A DNA stretch of 64,000 bases from a virus. How positions within the stretch are numbered: position 1 is the first letter of the stretch; each line of letters starts with the position of its first letter. The notes under the pieces were generated by a model. That model was not told the DNA's origin. It saw only the letters and a program-made list of their open reading frames with translations, and made no database searches. Positions 8,633 to 17,669 of this stretch are shown piece after piece. The stretch spans positions 4,313 to 68,312 of the IMG/VR virus record IMGVR_UViG_3300042362_000298; one strand, given 5' to 3'. Both the position numbers and the translations under genes were made by a program.

Positions 8633-8887
8633 ATGAACATTATGCGGTTTGATGAGCTGCAACACTGCCCTGAATGCGGTAGTCTCTGGCACGACCAGCC
8701 GATTCCAGAAGAAAGCCGTCATTTATTTGGCGGCTCTGAATGGTTTAGCCGCGTGATTCTCCTGTCGTCGCGGGAGGCAGACCGTGGCTTTGCCTATCAA
8801 TGCCCAGACTGCGGCACCACTTGGGACCGTGGCACTGGCGCGATCATTGACCATCCCAAAGTAAGCCTTTCGTTTCCCCGACCATGA
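8633..8887 (+). CDS. zinc-ribbon protein
   Basis: CPECG...CPDCG. Confidence 0.7.
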   Translation: MNIMRFDELQHCPECGSLWHDQPIPEESRHLFGGSEWFSRVILLSSREADRGFAYQCPDCGTTWDRGTGAIIDHPKVSLSFPRP

Positions 8888-9015
8888 AAATCGTTCTCAT
8901 TTTCTTCTGCTTTTTGCCCATCACTGCTGCAGCTTGCAACCAGCCCATCATCAAAAACGGCTCCTGCCCGCTTGGCTACTACAGCTCTGGCGGCTATTGC
9001 ATTCCTAGTCGTTGA
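8884..9015 (+). CDS. small secreted Cys-containing peptide (43 aa)
   Basis: signal-like N-terminus then CNQPIIKNGSCPLGYYSSGGYCIP; ATGA overlap. Confidence 0.55.
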   Translation: MKIVLIFFCFLPITAAACNQPIIKNGSCPLGYYSSGGYCIPSR

Positions 9016-9055
9016 CGGTACAGTGGCTTGTCTAGACCTTTGTTTGGCAGCCACC

Positions 9056-9820
9056 GTGCCTTCGTTTGAGCAGTTTGAGCCGAAGCGCATCAGCCTCAAC
9101 GGCAAACGCCACTACATCAACGAAGGGTTTCCCAATGTGCCGGAGGGCATCGTCCTACCTTCCGTCACTACCTTCCTTTCGGCCATGGCTCCCGTAGCCA
9201 AGGTGATGGCCCTGATTAACTGGCGCAAGCGTGTGGGAGCTGATGAAGCTAATCGCCGCACCCGCCTTGCAGCCAATCGTGGCACCTGGATGCACGGTGT
9301 GCTGGAAGATCATTTCGATGGGGAAGATATTGAGCACCACCTTGACAAAGCTCCCGACTGGCGCCCCTACTTTGAAGCAGTAGAGCCATTTTTAGAGGGC
9401 ATTCAAGAGCCGCTGCTGGTGGAGAGTGCCGTGGCCTGGTATGACGCTGGCCTTGGCATTGGCTACTCAGGCACGCTCGACATGGTGGCGCAAATGACCG
9501 GCGGCGCCATTGCTCTGGTCGATTGGAAGACCAGCTACAAGGAGAAACCTGACTACCAACTGGCCGACTACAAGCGGCAGCTAGGCGCCTATTCCATGGC
9601 AGTAGAGCAAATGTACCAGCAACCCATTGATGAGGCATGGTGTGTTATTGCCTGCTACGACCCCGAAAACGAAGAAAGCGAGCCGTCATTGCAGCTCGTC
9701 CACCTTGATGGCTTTGAACTGATCAACCAGCAGCGCATCACGGCAGACACTGTTAAGAGATATTTCAAAGACCACTACCCAGGAGGCAAGGCATTTGCGC
9801 TCACCATGGATAGGGGGTAA
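9056..9820 (+). CDS. PD-(D/E)XK exonuclease
   Basis: PSVTT, RGTWMH, YSGTLD, LVDWKTS, QLGAY; next to the annealing protein. Confidence 0.9.
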   Translation: MPSFEQFEPKRISLNGKRHYINEGFPNVPEGIVLPSVTTFLSAMAPVAKVMALINWRKRVGADEANRRTRLAANRGTWMHGVLEDHFDGEDIEHHLDKAPDWRPYFEAVEPFLEGIQEPLLVESAVAWYDAGLGIGYSGTLDMVAQMTGGAIALVDWKTSYKEKPDYQLADYKRQLGAYSMAVEQMYQQPIDEAWCVIACYDPENEESEPSLQLVHLDGFELINQQRITADTVKRYFKDHYPGGKAFALTMDRG

Positions 9821-9823
9821 GAT
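9795..9823 (+). promoter_or_regulatory. sigma70-like promoter TTGCGC-N17-TAAGAT
   Basis: 17-bp spacing, upstream of the AGGAG RBS of ORF 9868. Confidence 0.5.
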
Positions 9824-9867
9824 TGGCAGGCCCACAAAGGGCTCCATCACTCCTCAGGAGAAACACC

Positions 9868-10119
9868 ATGGCTGGAAAGCCTCCAATCACTGCTGCCATC
9901 GACCTCACGGTTGACGTTCTGAAGGCCCTTAAGGAAGCAGGCCCCAACGAGCGCGGCAACTATTCCCTCGACATGGCTGTCTGGCCGAACGAGCGCAAGA
10001 CTTCCGACCGTGCCCCTGGCTTCACCGGCTCTGTCAAGGTGAAAGGCCAGAAGGAAGGCGCCAAAGGCTATGCCAGTCTTTGGGACAATCGTGAAGGCGG
10101 CTCTGACGACCTTTTCTGA
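9868..10119 (+). CDS. probable small ssDNA-binding protein
   Basis: KTSDRAPGFTGSV motif, acidic C-terminus DDLF, follows the exonuclease and annealing genes. Confidence 0.55.
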   Translation: MAGKPPITAAIDLTVDVLKALKEAGPNERGNYSLDMAVWPNERKTSDRAPGFTGSVKVKGQKEGAKGYASLWDNREGGSDDLF

Positions 10120-10122
10120 GCC

Positions 10123-10716
10123 ATGAGCCTGCTCTACGACAAGGAAATTGCCAAGCTCGCAGAGCTGGACATCTTCCTTCCTTTCGTAGGCGAAAAGCGA
10201 CGATCGCTTGACTGTGGAACCAAGGCCATCTCGTATGGCCTTTCCCAGGCAGGTTATGACATTCGCCTGTCGCCTGACCAGTTCCTGATTTTTGATGGGA
10301 AAGACTACAAAGGGAAAAGCAAGCCAACGCTTGACCCTAAGCTCATGCCAATCACTGGCTATGAAGCTTGTCTGAATCATGGTCCCCATGGAAGTTGGTT
10401 CGTCCTGCCTCCCCATAGCTTTGGCCTTGGCGTGAGCCTGGAATTGATTTCTATGCCTCCGTCCATCATGGGGCTATGCGATGGAAAGTCCACCTACGCT
10501 CGCTGTGGCATCATCATCAACGTGACGCCCATTGAGCCTGGCTGGGCCGGCCATCTCACCATGCACATTGCCAATCCCACGGCATTTCCCGCTCGCATCT
10601 ATGCGAACGAAGGAATTGTGCAGGTGATGCTTTACCAGCTCGATGGTGCCGTGGAAGAGGCTTATTCCGGCCACTACCAAAACCAAGGGGCTAAAGTACA
10701 GCTAGCTGCCGTGTAG
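10123..10716 (+). CDS. dcd: dCTP deaminase
   Basis: ISYGLSQAGYDIRL, GKSTYARCG, TPIEPGWAG, YANEGIVQ, YQNQ. Confidence 0.93.
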   Translation: MSLLYDKEIAKLAELDIFLPFVGEKRRSLDCGTKAISYGLSQAGYDIRLSPDQFLIFDGKDYKGKSKPTLDPKLMPITGYEACLNHGPHGSWFVLPPHSFGLGVSLELISMPPSIMGLCDGKSTYARCGIIINVTPIEPGWAGHLTMHIANPTAFPARIYANEGIVQVMLYQLDGAVEEAYSGHYQNQGAKVQLAAV

Positions 10717-10719
10717 GCA

Positions 10720-11100
10720 TTGAGCGCTCTTGAAGATCAATTTCTCAGCCTTTGGCAAGCGCATTTCCCAAAGTTAATTCTTGAAAGAGAATTTTCTGAT
10801 ATTGATGCGTGGGAAAAAGATTTTCAAGAGCGCTATTCCCGCAGCAAACGATCGAAACGGTATCGCCTTGACTTTGCTCATCCCCTCTCTCGCACTGGCG
10901 TCGAAATCCAAGGTGGCGTTTACAGTCGTGGCCGCCACGTCACTGGCTCTGGTTATGAGCGCGATTGCAAAAAATATAATCTCGCGTATACAAGCGGCTG
11001 GACAATCTTCCTCCTAACTTCTACCATGGCCAAAGACTCGGCCTGGCTTTCTTTGATTGCTTCGCATATTGTTGCACAATCTCAGCGGCCTCATTCATAA
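10720..11100 (+). CDS. restriction-fold endonuclease (DUF559/Vsr-like, possible resolvase)
   Basis: RYRLDFA...VEIQGG..RH..GYERDCKKYNLA..GW. Confidence 0.75.
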   Translation: MSALEDQFLSLWQAHFPKLILEREFSDIDAWEKDFQERYSRSKRSKRYRLDFAHPLSRTGVEIQGGVYSRGRHVTGSGYERDCKKYNLAYTSGWTIFLLTSTMAKDSAWLSLIASHIVAQSQRPHS

Positions 11101-11380
11101 GTTCATCTGCTGCCCGTAAATCAAGCTCTTTCTTGGCTAGCGCCTGGCGAAGCTGAATGTTTTCCAGCATCATGCTTTGCAGGGCCGTGTTCATGGTGGA
11201 CCAGCCTTCAAGCAAATTCTTTGCTACTGGCTTCAACTGATCCAAGCTTGAGCATTCGTCAATAGCTCGCTTGTTTACTGTCAAAGCAAACTGACGCTCT
11301 GCTGAATGCTCGAACGGTCCCATAATGCCCCGCTTGATCTGACCATTGTAGACCATCTCCACTGGAATACAAAAGCTCAT
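11021..11380 (-). CDS. hypothetical protein with NblA-like segment
   Basis: SAERQFALTVNKRAIDECSSLDQLKPVAKNLLE resembles the NblA hairpin; start may be 11323. Confidence 0.5.
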   Translation of the reverse strand: MSFCIPVEMVYNGQIKRGIMGPFEHSAERQFALTVNKRAIDECSSLDQLKPVAKNLLEGWSTMNTALQSMMLENIQLRQALAKKELDLRAADELMNEAAEIVQQYAKQSKKARPSLWPW

Positions 11381-11753
11381 GCATTCGCCCTCCTTTGTTG
11401 TCTTTAGGCTAAAGCAACATGATGGTCGCAAGAGTTTTGTCAAGGCAGTGGATGATGGTAGGAGTGCCGAAAAAGAAGGTTCGGACTGCCAGAAAGTCTT
11501 GCGCCCACTGAGCAGAAAGCATAGACTGCCGCAGTTGCCCAAGAATTATGCATGGACCATTGGAGAGCGAGTGGTACTGGTCACCCTCACAGGGGCTGGT
11601 ATGGTGCCGACAAGCCTCTTCGGCATCTTCCAAGGTTTTGTTAAAAGCAATGGAAGAAAAGCGGCAGTGGTCGCCTGGGAGCGAAAGGATACTCTCGTCT
11701 CTAGTACAGTGGCAATTCAACGCATCCGCCCCATCGCCCTCATTCCTCAATGA
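11379..11753 (+). CDS. hypothetical protein with SH3-like C-terminus
   Basis: WTIGERV...VAIQRIRP; ATGA overlap with the next gene; start uncertain. Confidence 0.55.
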   Translation: MHSPSFVVFRLKQHDGRKSFVKAVDDGRSAEKEGSDCQKVLRPLSRKHRLPQLPKNYAWTIGERVVLVTLTGAGMVPTSLFGIFQGFVKSNGRKAAVVAWERKDTLVSSTVAIQRIRPIALIPQ

Positions 11754-11959
11754 CTGTCTCTGACGACACTGCCACAAAGCTTGGACGCCTTGTTGGTTTA
11801 AGCATCAGCGCATTTTTAATCACTTGCCTGCGTGCATGGATGTTAAGCCTTTGCGCCGCCATTCTTTTCCCGACCTTTGTGCTCGGCTTTTGGCAATGGT
11901 GGCTCCTTGCTTTTACCTTCCGCCTGATGACTGGCACTGATCGCACCTCCAATGACTAA
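11750..11959 (+). CDS. small membrane protein
   Basis: two hydrophobic segments, LGFWQW. Confidence 0.7.
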   Translation: MTVSDDTATKLGRLVGLSISAFLITCLRAWMLSLCAAILFPTFVLGFWQWWLLAFTFRLMTGTDRTSND

Positions 11960-12665
11960 TTTCCGTTCCATTGATCCCCTTAAAGACGGCAAGAGCCTCG
12001 TGGCTCTCATCGACTCCATGGGCAATAGTTTGTCCGTGGTAAATGATGCCCGTCAAAGCTTTGACAACAGAAAAGAGCAATGGGACGAGAAGGACGAAAA
12101 GCTTCTCAACTATCTTGCTCGTGAGCACCACACAAGCCCATTTCGTGGCGTGGTGTTCAAGTGGCAGGTGAAAGCGCCTTTATTTGTTGCTCGTCAATGG
12201 TGGAAGCACACTGTTGCCTCTACTTACGTTGATGATCAACTTGGCTGGAACGAAAAGAGCTTCCGCTATTGCTCAGCAGAAGATGCTCAGTTTTACATGC
12301 CTGACCAGTTCCTAGGGCAATCGGAGAGCAACCGTCAAGCGTCTGCAGGCCCCGTTAGCACCAGCGCACAGTCAAGGGCCAGGCTCTTCTATGTGCAGGG
12401 CGTAGCGACGGCCAAGGCGGCCTATGAGGAGCTGATTGCAATGGGAGTGAGCAAGGAGCAGGCTCGAGCTATTCTGCCTCCCGCCATGTACACCAGTTTT
12501 GTCTGGACATGCTCGCTGCAGGCTTTGCTGCATTTCATCAGCCTTCGCATTGGCAAGGGCGCTCAGTATGAAATTGTGGCCTATGCCGAGGCTTTGTTAG
12601 AGCTTGCTCGCCCCATCGCTCCTGAAGCCTTTGCGGCTTTTGAAACCAACAACTACCAATTCTGA
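11952..12665 (+). CDS. thyX: FAD-dependent thymidylate synthase
   Basis: HTSPF, APLFVARQWWKH, NEKSFRY, KEQARAILP, LR...AQYEI. Confidence 0.95.
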   Translation: MTNFRSIDPLKDGKSLVALIDSMGNSLSVVNDARQSFDNRKEQWDEKDEKLLNYLAREHHTSPFRGVVFKWQVKAPLFVARQWWKHTVASTYVDDQLGWNEKSFRYCSAEDAQFYMPDQFLGQSESNRQASAGPVSTSAQSRARLFYVQGVATAKAAYEELIAMGVSKEQARAILPPAMYTSFVWTCSLQALLHFISLRIGKGAQYEIVAYAEALLELARPIAPEAFAAFETNNYQF

Positions 12666-12667
12666 TT

Positions 12668-13027
12668 ATGCACGATCCCGTGAACAGCCCGTCGCACTAT
12701 GCCAGCGGCGCCATCGAAGCCATCGAAGCCATCGAAGCTTCCATGAGCGGAGAAGCCTTTAAGGGCATGCTCAAGGGCAACATTCTGAAATACATTTGGC
12801 GCTATGAAATGAAAAATGGCGCTCAAGACCTCAAAAAGGCTCAGTGGTACCTGGATCGCTTAATTGCTATGGTCGAGACAGAAGAAGTGAAGGCCAATGA
12901 CACGGCGACGAAAGTGCTAGCCATCATGCGAGAAAGTTTGGGCTTAGAAGAAGAATGCACAGATGGCTTTTGTCCCATGCCCTCCGTCAGACAAGGTCCT
13001 TCAGAACTGTTCGAGCCAATTAACTAG
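12668..13027 (+). CDS. DUF3310 protein
   Basis: DPVNSPSHY...GNILKYIWRY..KNG.QDLKKAQWYL. Confidence 0.9.
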   Translation: MHDPVNSPSHYASGAIEAIEAIEASMSGEAFKGMLKGNILKYIWRYEMKNGAQDLKKAQWYLDRLIAMVETEEVKANDTATKVLAIMRESLGLEEECTDGFCPMPSVRQGPSELFEPIN

Positions 13028-13505
13028 CAAGCTTTAATTGCGACAAAGGCGGCCACAAAGCCGCCTTTTGCTTTTCATCATGCACTGGCACGATTCGCTG
13101 CGTTTGCTCCATCCATTGCTCCCATTCTCCAATGTCTGTATGAGCACTGATGAAGCTATGAGCATGCACCCACGCAAGAAGCTTCTCTTCCCGCTCTGAC
13201 GTCCAAAACTTCTGTGGTCGCCACCATTCAAACACTGGCAAGCTCCCCTTGCTCGCATTGCAGGACAGGCAAGCAGGAGCGCTGTTCCATTTTGAAAAAT
13301 GCGGACCGCCTTTGCTCTTGGGAACAATGTGGTCGATGGTCAGATTTTCCGTCCACTTGCCGCAATAGGCACAGGCACAGTGACCAAATGGGCCTCGCAG
13401 GAAGTAGTCTTCAAAAATACTTTTTCGGAAACGACGCTTAGCTTCTCCAGGGCGTAATTCACAAAGGGAATAAAGAAGAAAGTCGGCCTCATTTCCTTTC
13501 CCCAT
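13020..13505 (-). CDS. HNH endonuclease
   Basis: CAYCG...TIDHIVPKSKGG...ACLSCNASK. Confidence 0.9.
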   Translation of the reverse strand: MGKGNEADFLLYSLCELRPGEAKRRFRKSIFEDYFLRGPFGHCACAYCGKWTENLTIDHIVPKSKGGPHFSKWNSAPACLSCNASKGSLPVFEWWRPQKFWTSEREEKLLAWVHAHSFISAHTDIGEWEQWMEQTQRIVPVHDEKQKAALWPPLSQLKLAS

Positions 13506-13590
13506 GGCGAAATAAGTTGTCTTGCCTTAAGCCTACCCAGAAAAACAACGGCGTGGGAATTGTTTAGAATGGACAAAAAGCTTGCGTGCA

Positions 13591-13800
13591 ATGAATGCCT
13601 GGCAGGAACAACTAGCGCATTTGGCCGTGAGCATTACTGCTGGCATGCTGCTCGCCACTGGTGGCATGATGATGAGCATTGGCCAGCAACAAGTGAAGAT
13701 CACCACGCAAGTGGAGAATATTGCAGAGAAGCTTGATCAACTCACAGAAAATATTAAGGGCTTGGAAACAAGGGTGCGTTCGCTTGAAATTGGACGCTAG
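13591..13800 (+). CDS. membrane-anchored coiled-coil lysis protein
   Basis: TM segment plus heptad repeat ending RVRSLE; first gene of the lysis cluster. Confidence 0.6.
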   Translation: MNAWQEQLAHLAVSITAGMLLATGGMMMSIGQQQVKITTQVENIAEKLDQLTENIKGLETRVRSLEIGR

Positions 13801-13825
13801 GCTTTAAGAAACTTTCTTTACGATC

Positions 13826-13969
13826 ATGACTGGCGTCGAGTGGTTCGTTGTTGGCGGCATTGTCATTGCTGCTCTCGATCAAGTGATTCAACACACTCCT
13901 TGGAAGGAGAACAACCTCATTCAATTGCTCCTCACTGGTCTTAAGGCTATCTTCCGCGTGAAGGGCTGA
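13826..13969 (+). CDS. putative holin-like peptide (47 aa)
   Basis: MTGVEWFVVGGIVIAALDQVIQHTPWKENNLIQLLLTGLKAIFRVKG, directly before the endolysin. Confidence 0.55.
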   Translation: MTGVEWFVVGGIVIAALDQVIQHTPWKENNLIQLLLTGLKAIFRVKG

Positions 13970-13974
13970 AGCCA

Positions 13975-14916
13975 GTGGCCACAAGCAAAGAGTTCTGGGA
14001 TGAGTGTTTTCAGCTTGCTCGCAAGCACGGGGCGCGATTCCCAGAGCTTGTGGCGGCTCAATGCTGTTTAGAGAGCGGCTTTGGCCAACACACTTCTGGC
14101 AAGCACAACTACCTTGGCCTAAAGGGCGGGGGCAGCGTGGTATCTACGCAAGAATTTTACGATGGGAAGTGGGTGACAATCAAGGCGGGCTTCATTGATT
14201 TTCCAAGCTTATCCGCCTGCATCGAATATCTCATCACTCGCTGGTATAAAGACTATAGGCAGTTTAAGGGCATTAACAATGCTCCTAATCGTTACGCCGC
14301 TGCTCGCATGCTTAAGGAGCAGAAATACGCCACTGACCCAGAATATCCCGCGAAACTTTCGCGGCTAATGAAACAATACGCTCCCGAATCCACCACTTCT
14401 ACCATGATCGGTCCAAAGAAACGCCCGCAAGATTTTGGCTTCAAGAGAGGCGACTCCCACTTGATCGTCAATGATCTAGTGGAGACGATGAAGGCTTTTT
14501 CTTTTGAAGGAAAACTACTATGGGAGATTCCCTGCTTGGCTCGTGGACAATACAGCGACTTTGAATGGAAGATTAAAAATTCTGACTGTCCTCCCGGCCT
14601 ATACAAATTGGGAGCTATTTACAGAGACTATGAACGAGTTGGGAACAACCCTGCTTACGACCGCACTCTAATGGCGTATGGCTGGTACACCTTTGACATG
14701 GTTGAGTTAGAAAATCAAGAGGCCAAGCACGGACGCTCTGGAATTTGCCTCCACGGGGGTGGGTCCGCAAATGGCTGGCCGGGCGCGTGGGCACCCAAGC
14801 AGCCGCTAGTGCCAACTCATGGTTGTTGCAGAATCTTTAACATTGATCTTCGCGATAAAGTATTGCCGCTAACCAAGGCCGGCACAGTATTTCTGTCAGT
14901 TTTCCAGGAAGGTTAA
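13975..14916 (+). CDS. endolysin: GH73 glucosaminidase + YkuD-like L,D-transpeptidase-fold domain
   Basis: AQCCLESG, NYLGLKG, YATDPEY; C-terminal ICLHGGG...THGCCR. Confidence 0.85.
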   Translation: MATSKEFWDECFQLARKHGARFPELVAAQCCLESGFGQHTSGKHNYLGLKGGGSVVSTQEFYDGKWVTIKAGFIDFPSLSACIEYLITRWYKDYRQFKGINNAPNRYAAARMLKEQKYATDPEYPAKLSRLMKQYAPESTTSTMIGPKKRPQDFGFKRGDSHLIVNDLVETMKAFSFEGKLLWEIPCLARGQYSDFEWKIKNSDCPPGLYKLGAIYRDYERVGNNPAYDRTLMAYGWYTFDMVELENQEAKHGRSGICLHGGGSANGWPGAWAPKQPLVPTHGCCRIFNIDLRDKVLPLTKAGTVFLSVFQEG

Positions 14917-14962
14917 GCAACGTGCTTCCATTGCTCTTTTATTTTATGGAAAAAAGAGAAGG

Positions 14963-15370
14963 ATGAACCGGCAGTCCTGGCTAAATGCACTGTGCTATGA
15001 AGCTGGCCTTTGGGCCGCAGGACAGTGGCCTTCGCTAGCGGGAAGACCTTGGTTCAAGATGCTCATGGCCTATTGCAGGCCCGACTGGACAGAGTGGAAA
15101 ACAAAAGTGGTAATGGAAGCAGTGGACAAGCAAGCTGCTGCTTTGGTGAAGCAATGGGAAAAAGACGAAAGGGAAACCAAGGCGAATCAGCTTGCCGACA
15201 AAGCTCGAGAGCTATTTCCTGAGGCCACTGTTACGCCCTTGCCCGATGCCATCGTCCCTTCCGTGATGATCGTGCGTGAAGCACCTCCAGACGCTAGCGA
15301 CGACATTAAGGCTGTGGGAGGGGAACTCCGTATCACTTGGCAGCTTCCCAGTAAAATGGAAGGAGAATAG
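14963..15370 (+). CDS. hypothetical protein
   Basis: 135-aa ORF after the endolysin. Confidence 0.7.
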   Translation: MNRQSWLNALCYEAGLWAAGQWPSLAGRPWFKMLMAYCRPDWTEWKTKVVMEAVDKQAAALVKQWEKDERETKANQLADKARELFPEATVTPLPDAIVPSVMIVREAPPDASDDIKAVGGELRITWQLPSKMEGE

Positions 15371-15424
15371 GACAGACGATGGAAGTAATCGTAGGCTTAA
15401 TGCTGCTGTCCGCAGGAGCGGCTC

Positions 15425-15781
15425 TCACGGGCCAGTTGTATCTTCGCCTAGTACATCCTCATCATCCGTCCTATAGGCCCTTCTGTCCGCTTCCAGGCCA
15501 CGATAAATAGCATTGTGCAGGTCCATGTAGTGAGCTAGTCCGTCGCAGTAGTCCACGCCAAAAACATCGTACATGGCGTAGCGATAGGAGCCCCTGTCTT
15601 TGACCTCCGCCTTGTGCATGAGCTTCATCATTTGCCTGAAGCATCTTGCTCTTTCCTCTATATTGAGGCTGTCCCACCAAGCTTGATCCTCTGCTTGCAT
15701 TCTTGTCTCTTCTGCCTGCCAAGCTCCGCGAAAGGCTTTGATTTCAGGAGTGTTCAACCAATCCACCAAAGGATCCTCCAT
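15425..15781 (-). CDS. hypothetical phage protein
   Basis: WWDSL...GSYRYAMYDVFG...YMDLHNAI. Confidence 0.7.
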   Translation of the reverse strand: MEDPLVDWLNTPEIKAFRGAWQAEETRMQAEDQAWWDSLNIEERARCFRQMMKLMHKAEVKDRGSYRYAMYDVFGVDYCDGLAHYMDLHNAIYRGLEADRRAYRTDDEDVLGEDTTGP

Positions 15782-15842
15782 CAGTTTCTGTTTGCCGCTC
15801 AAGCTTACTCCTAAAACTCTCCACAATCAATAGTTACATCGT

Positions 15843-15950
15843 TTAGTCAATCATTTTCACAGGTGTGCCAGAAGAATCCTTATGCTGCACTTGCAGTTCA
15901 AAGGTGGCTCCTTGATAAATGGCAATATCGTGCTTGCCTAGAGTGATCAT
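15843..15950 (-). pseudogene. 3'-truncated remnant of a virion or tail beta-sandwich protein gene
   Basis: MITLGKHDIAIYQGATFELQVQHKDSSGTPV then a stop inside a TAAA-N7-ACTA site. Confidence 0.5.
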
Positions 15951-15978
15951 GGCGGAGCCTTGGCGCCTGTAAAATATT

Positions 15979-17211
15979 TCAGACAATTTCTCTCCACCCC
16001 AGCAGCCCTGTAGCCTGCTCGCTGGAGCTGCATTGAATAGTCAAAGCTATAACGTCGCTAGTACCGTCAATGGTACTGCCAAGTGCTAAGGCGAGTCCGC
16101 TTTCGGGGTCAAATTCAATACTACTGCGCGATGCCACCAAACCTCCTCCAATAACAGTGCCACCGGAAAAAGTGCCGCTGCTCATAACCTCCACATTTCC
16201 CCTGCCATTACTAGCAGCAGTCCATGCGCCACTGATGGTTGGATTAAGCCGTAGGCGCCATTGCGCGACAACATTAGAAGCTGGATTTCCGCCTATACTG
16301 GCATCAATTTGAGCGGGAATTATCACGTTATCGGTGCGACCGCTAGCAATGCGAATAGCTGCTACAAGCGTTTCCGCGCTGATAGCAGTAAATGTTTCCA
16401 CCCCTCGACCAGCTATATAGATGGGCCCCGTTGGCTGATAACCACCCTCGCTGACAACAGCAGTGCAAATCTGCCTTAGCGATGCATTAGCGGCGATGGA
16501 AGAAGAATTGTGAATTCGATAAGACACTGGCAATGTTGCCGATGTCATATAAACACTATCAATCGTGTTGGCATGGTTAAATTCGTGGCAATATTTAATT
16601 TCTCCGTCAACAACGAATCCACACCTTACGCGCCCCACGCCCAGCCATTCCAGGTCGGCAGTAAAAATATTAGCTTTTGAAAAATCTAAGGCAGAAAAAG
16701 TGTCAATATTCCACGACGACTGAGGGACAATGTTCTCTACCACTGTTCCTGTTGCTTTACTGCGAACAACGAACGAAATGGTCGTACCATTTGCTCTCAA
16801 CATTACACCATTGTTGTCGTTAAAAAAGCCAATCTCCTGCACCAAGCCATCCGTGGGAGCATTGCCAACGAAACTAGCCAGCACCATCAAGCTTTTGCCC
16901 GGCTGATAAGGCAGGCTCCGCTTGGAGCGCCGCAACACTGTATCTCCAGACGCAGTGGTGGTATTTAACTCTAAGGAGCTTTCATTTGGCAGATAAAGAG
17001 TGCTTCCGCTACCTACAGATTGTTCGTCCCACAGATCGGTGCGCTTACTGTATTGCAATGCCGAATCAAACAATGTGAACGGCTCGCTAAAGCGTTGTCT
17101 ACCAAAAGCATCAAGAGCGCCACTGTCGGGGCCCTTGGCGAGTATTTGCCCGCGATGATCAGCCTCAATATGGGTTTCAAACTGCTCACCACCGCGCACA
17201 ATTTGCCCCAT
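15979..17211 (-). CDS. virion structural protein (beta-rich, lectin-like)
   Basis: DAFGRQR..PFTLFDS, YQPGKSL, DLEWLGVGRVRCGF, SEGGY motifs; 410 aa. Confidence 0.7.
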   Translation of the reverse strand: MGQIVRGGEQFETHIEADHRGQILAKGPDSGALDAFGRQRFSEPFTLFDSALQYSKRTDLWDEQSVGSGSTLYLPNESSLELNTTTASGDTVLRRSKRSLPYQPGKSLMVLASFVGNAPTDGLVQEIGFFNDNNGVMLRANGTTISFVVRSKATGTVVENIVPQSSWNIDTFSALDFSKANIFTADLEWLGVGRVRCGFVVDGEIKYCHEFNHANTIDSVYMTSATLPVSYRIHNSSSIAANASLRQICTAVVSEGGYQPTGPIYIAGRGVETFTAISAETLVAAIRIASGRTDNVIIPAQIDASIGGNPASNVVAQWRLRLNPTISGAWTAASNGRGNVEVMSSGTFSGGTVIGGGLVASRSSIEFDPESGLALALGSTIDGTSDVIALTIQCSSSEQATGLLGWREIV

Positions 17212-17213
17212 GA

Positions 17214-17462
17214 CTAATCCCTAGCTTTCTCTCCATCGTAACAATAAGCCTGTTCGTATTCAGTGCCAATGCACAGCATGCCTTCAATAACACTTTGCGG
17301 GGCATAGCCGCATGCCACCATAAACTGAAAGTATGCCCTAGCCAGCGCAGTGGCCGTGTCGGCGCTGTAAGTGTGATTGATTTCTTGGTACGAACAAGTG
17401 TCGTGCATCACGCCATCGTCAGAAAAACGATGGGAAAAGGAAATTGAGTTGACGAAGGCCAT
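17214..17462 (-). CDS. hypothetical protein
   Basis: 82 aa; promoter TTGACG-N17-TAGCCT at 17484-17512. Confidence 0.65.
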   Translation of the reverse strand: MAFVNSISFSHRFSDDGVMHDTCSYQEINHTYSADTATALARAYFQFMVACGYAPQSVIEGMLCIGTEYEQAYCYDGEKARD

Positions 17463-17508
17463 AAAAGAAAAGAGGCAGCCCTTAGGCTACCTCCTGCTCT
17501 TGCCATCG

Positions 17509-17646
17509 TCAACCGCCCTGTCCACGCTTTAGCTTCCTTCCGTGACTTGGCTTGCTGTTTTTGCCTTGCCCCTGACGAGTGGTCTTGGGACGAGAAACGA
17601 TGATGCGCTTGCTACTGGAAGCTCCGGCTTTGCTTTTGACGGCCAC
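17509..17646 (-). CDS. small highly basic peptide (45 aa)
   Basis: MAVKSKAG...RPKTTRQGQGKNSKPSHGRKLKRGQGG. Confidence 0.6.
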   Translation of the reverse strand: MAVKSKAGASSSKRIIVSRPKTTRQGQGKNSKPSHGRKLKRGQGG

Positions 17647-17669
17647 GAGGACAATGCGAAAAGAAAAGC

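Noticed and set aside
9056-9820. Cas4 / CRISPR adaptation gene
   Set aside because: It lacks the Fe-S cysteines and sits with a Sak-like annealing protein and an SSB, so it is a recombination exonuclease.
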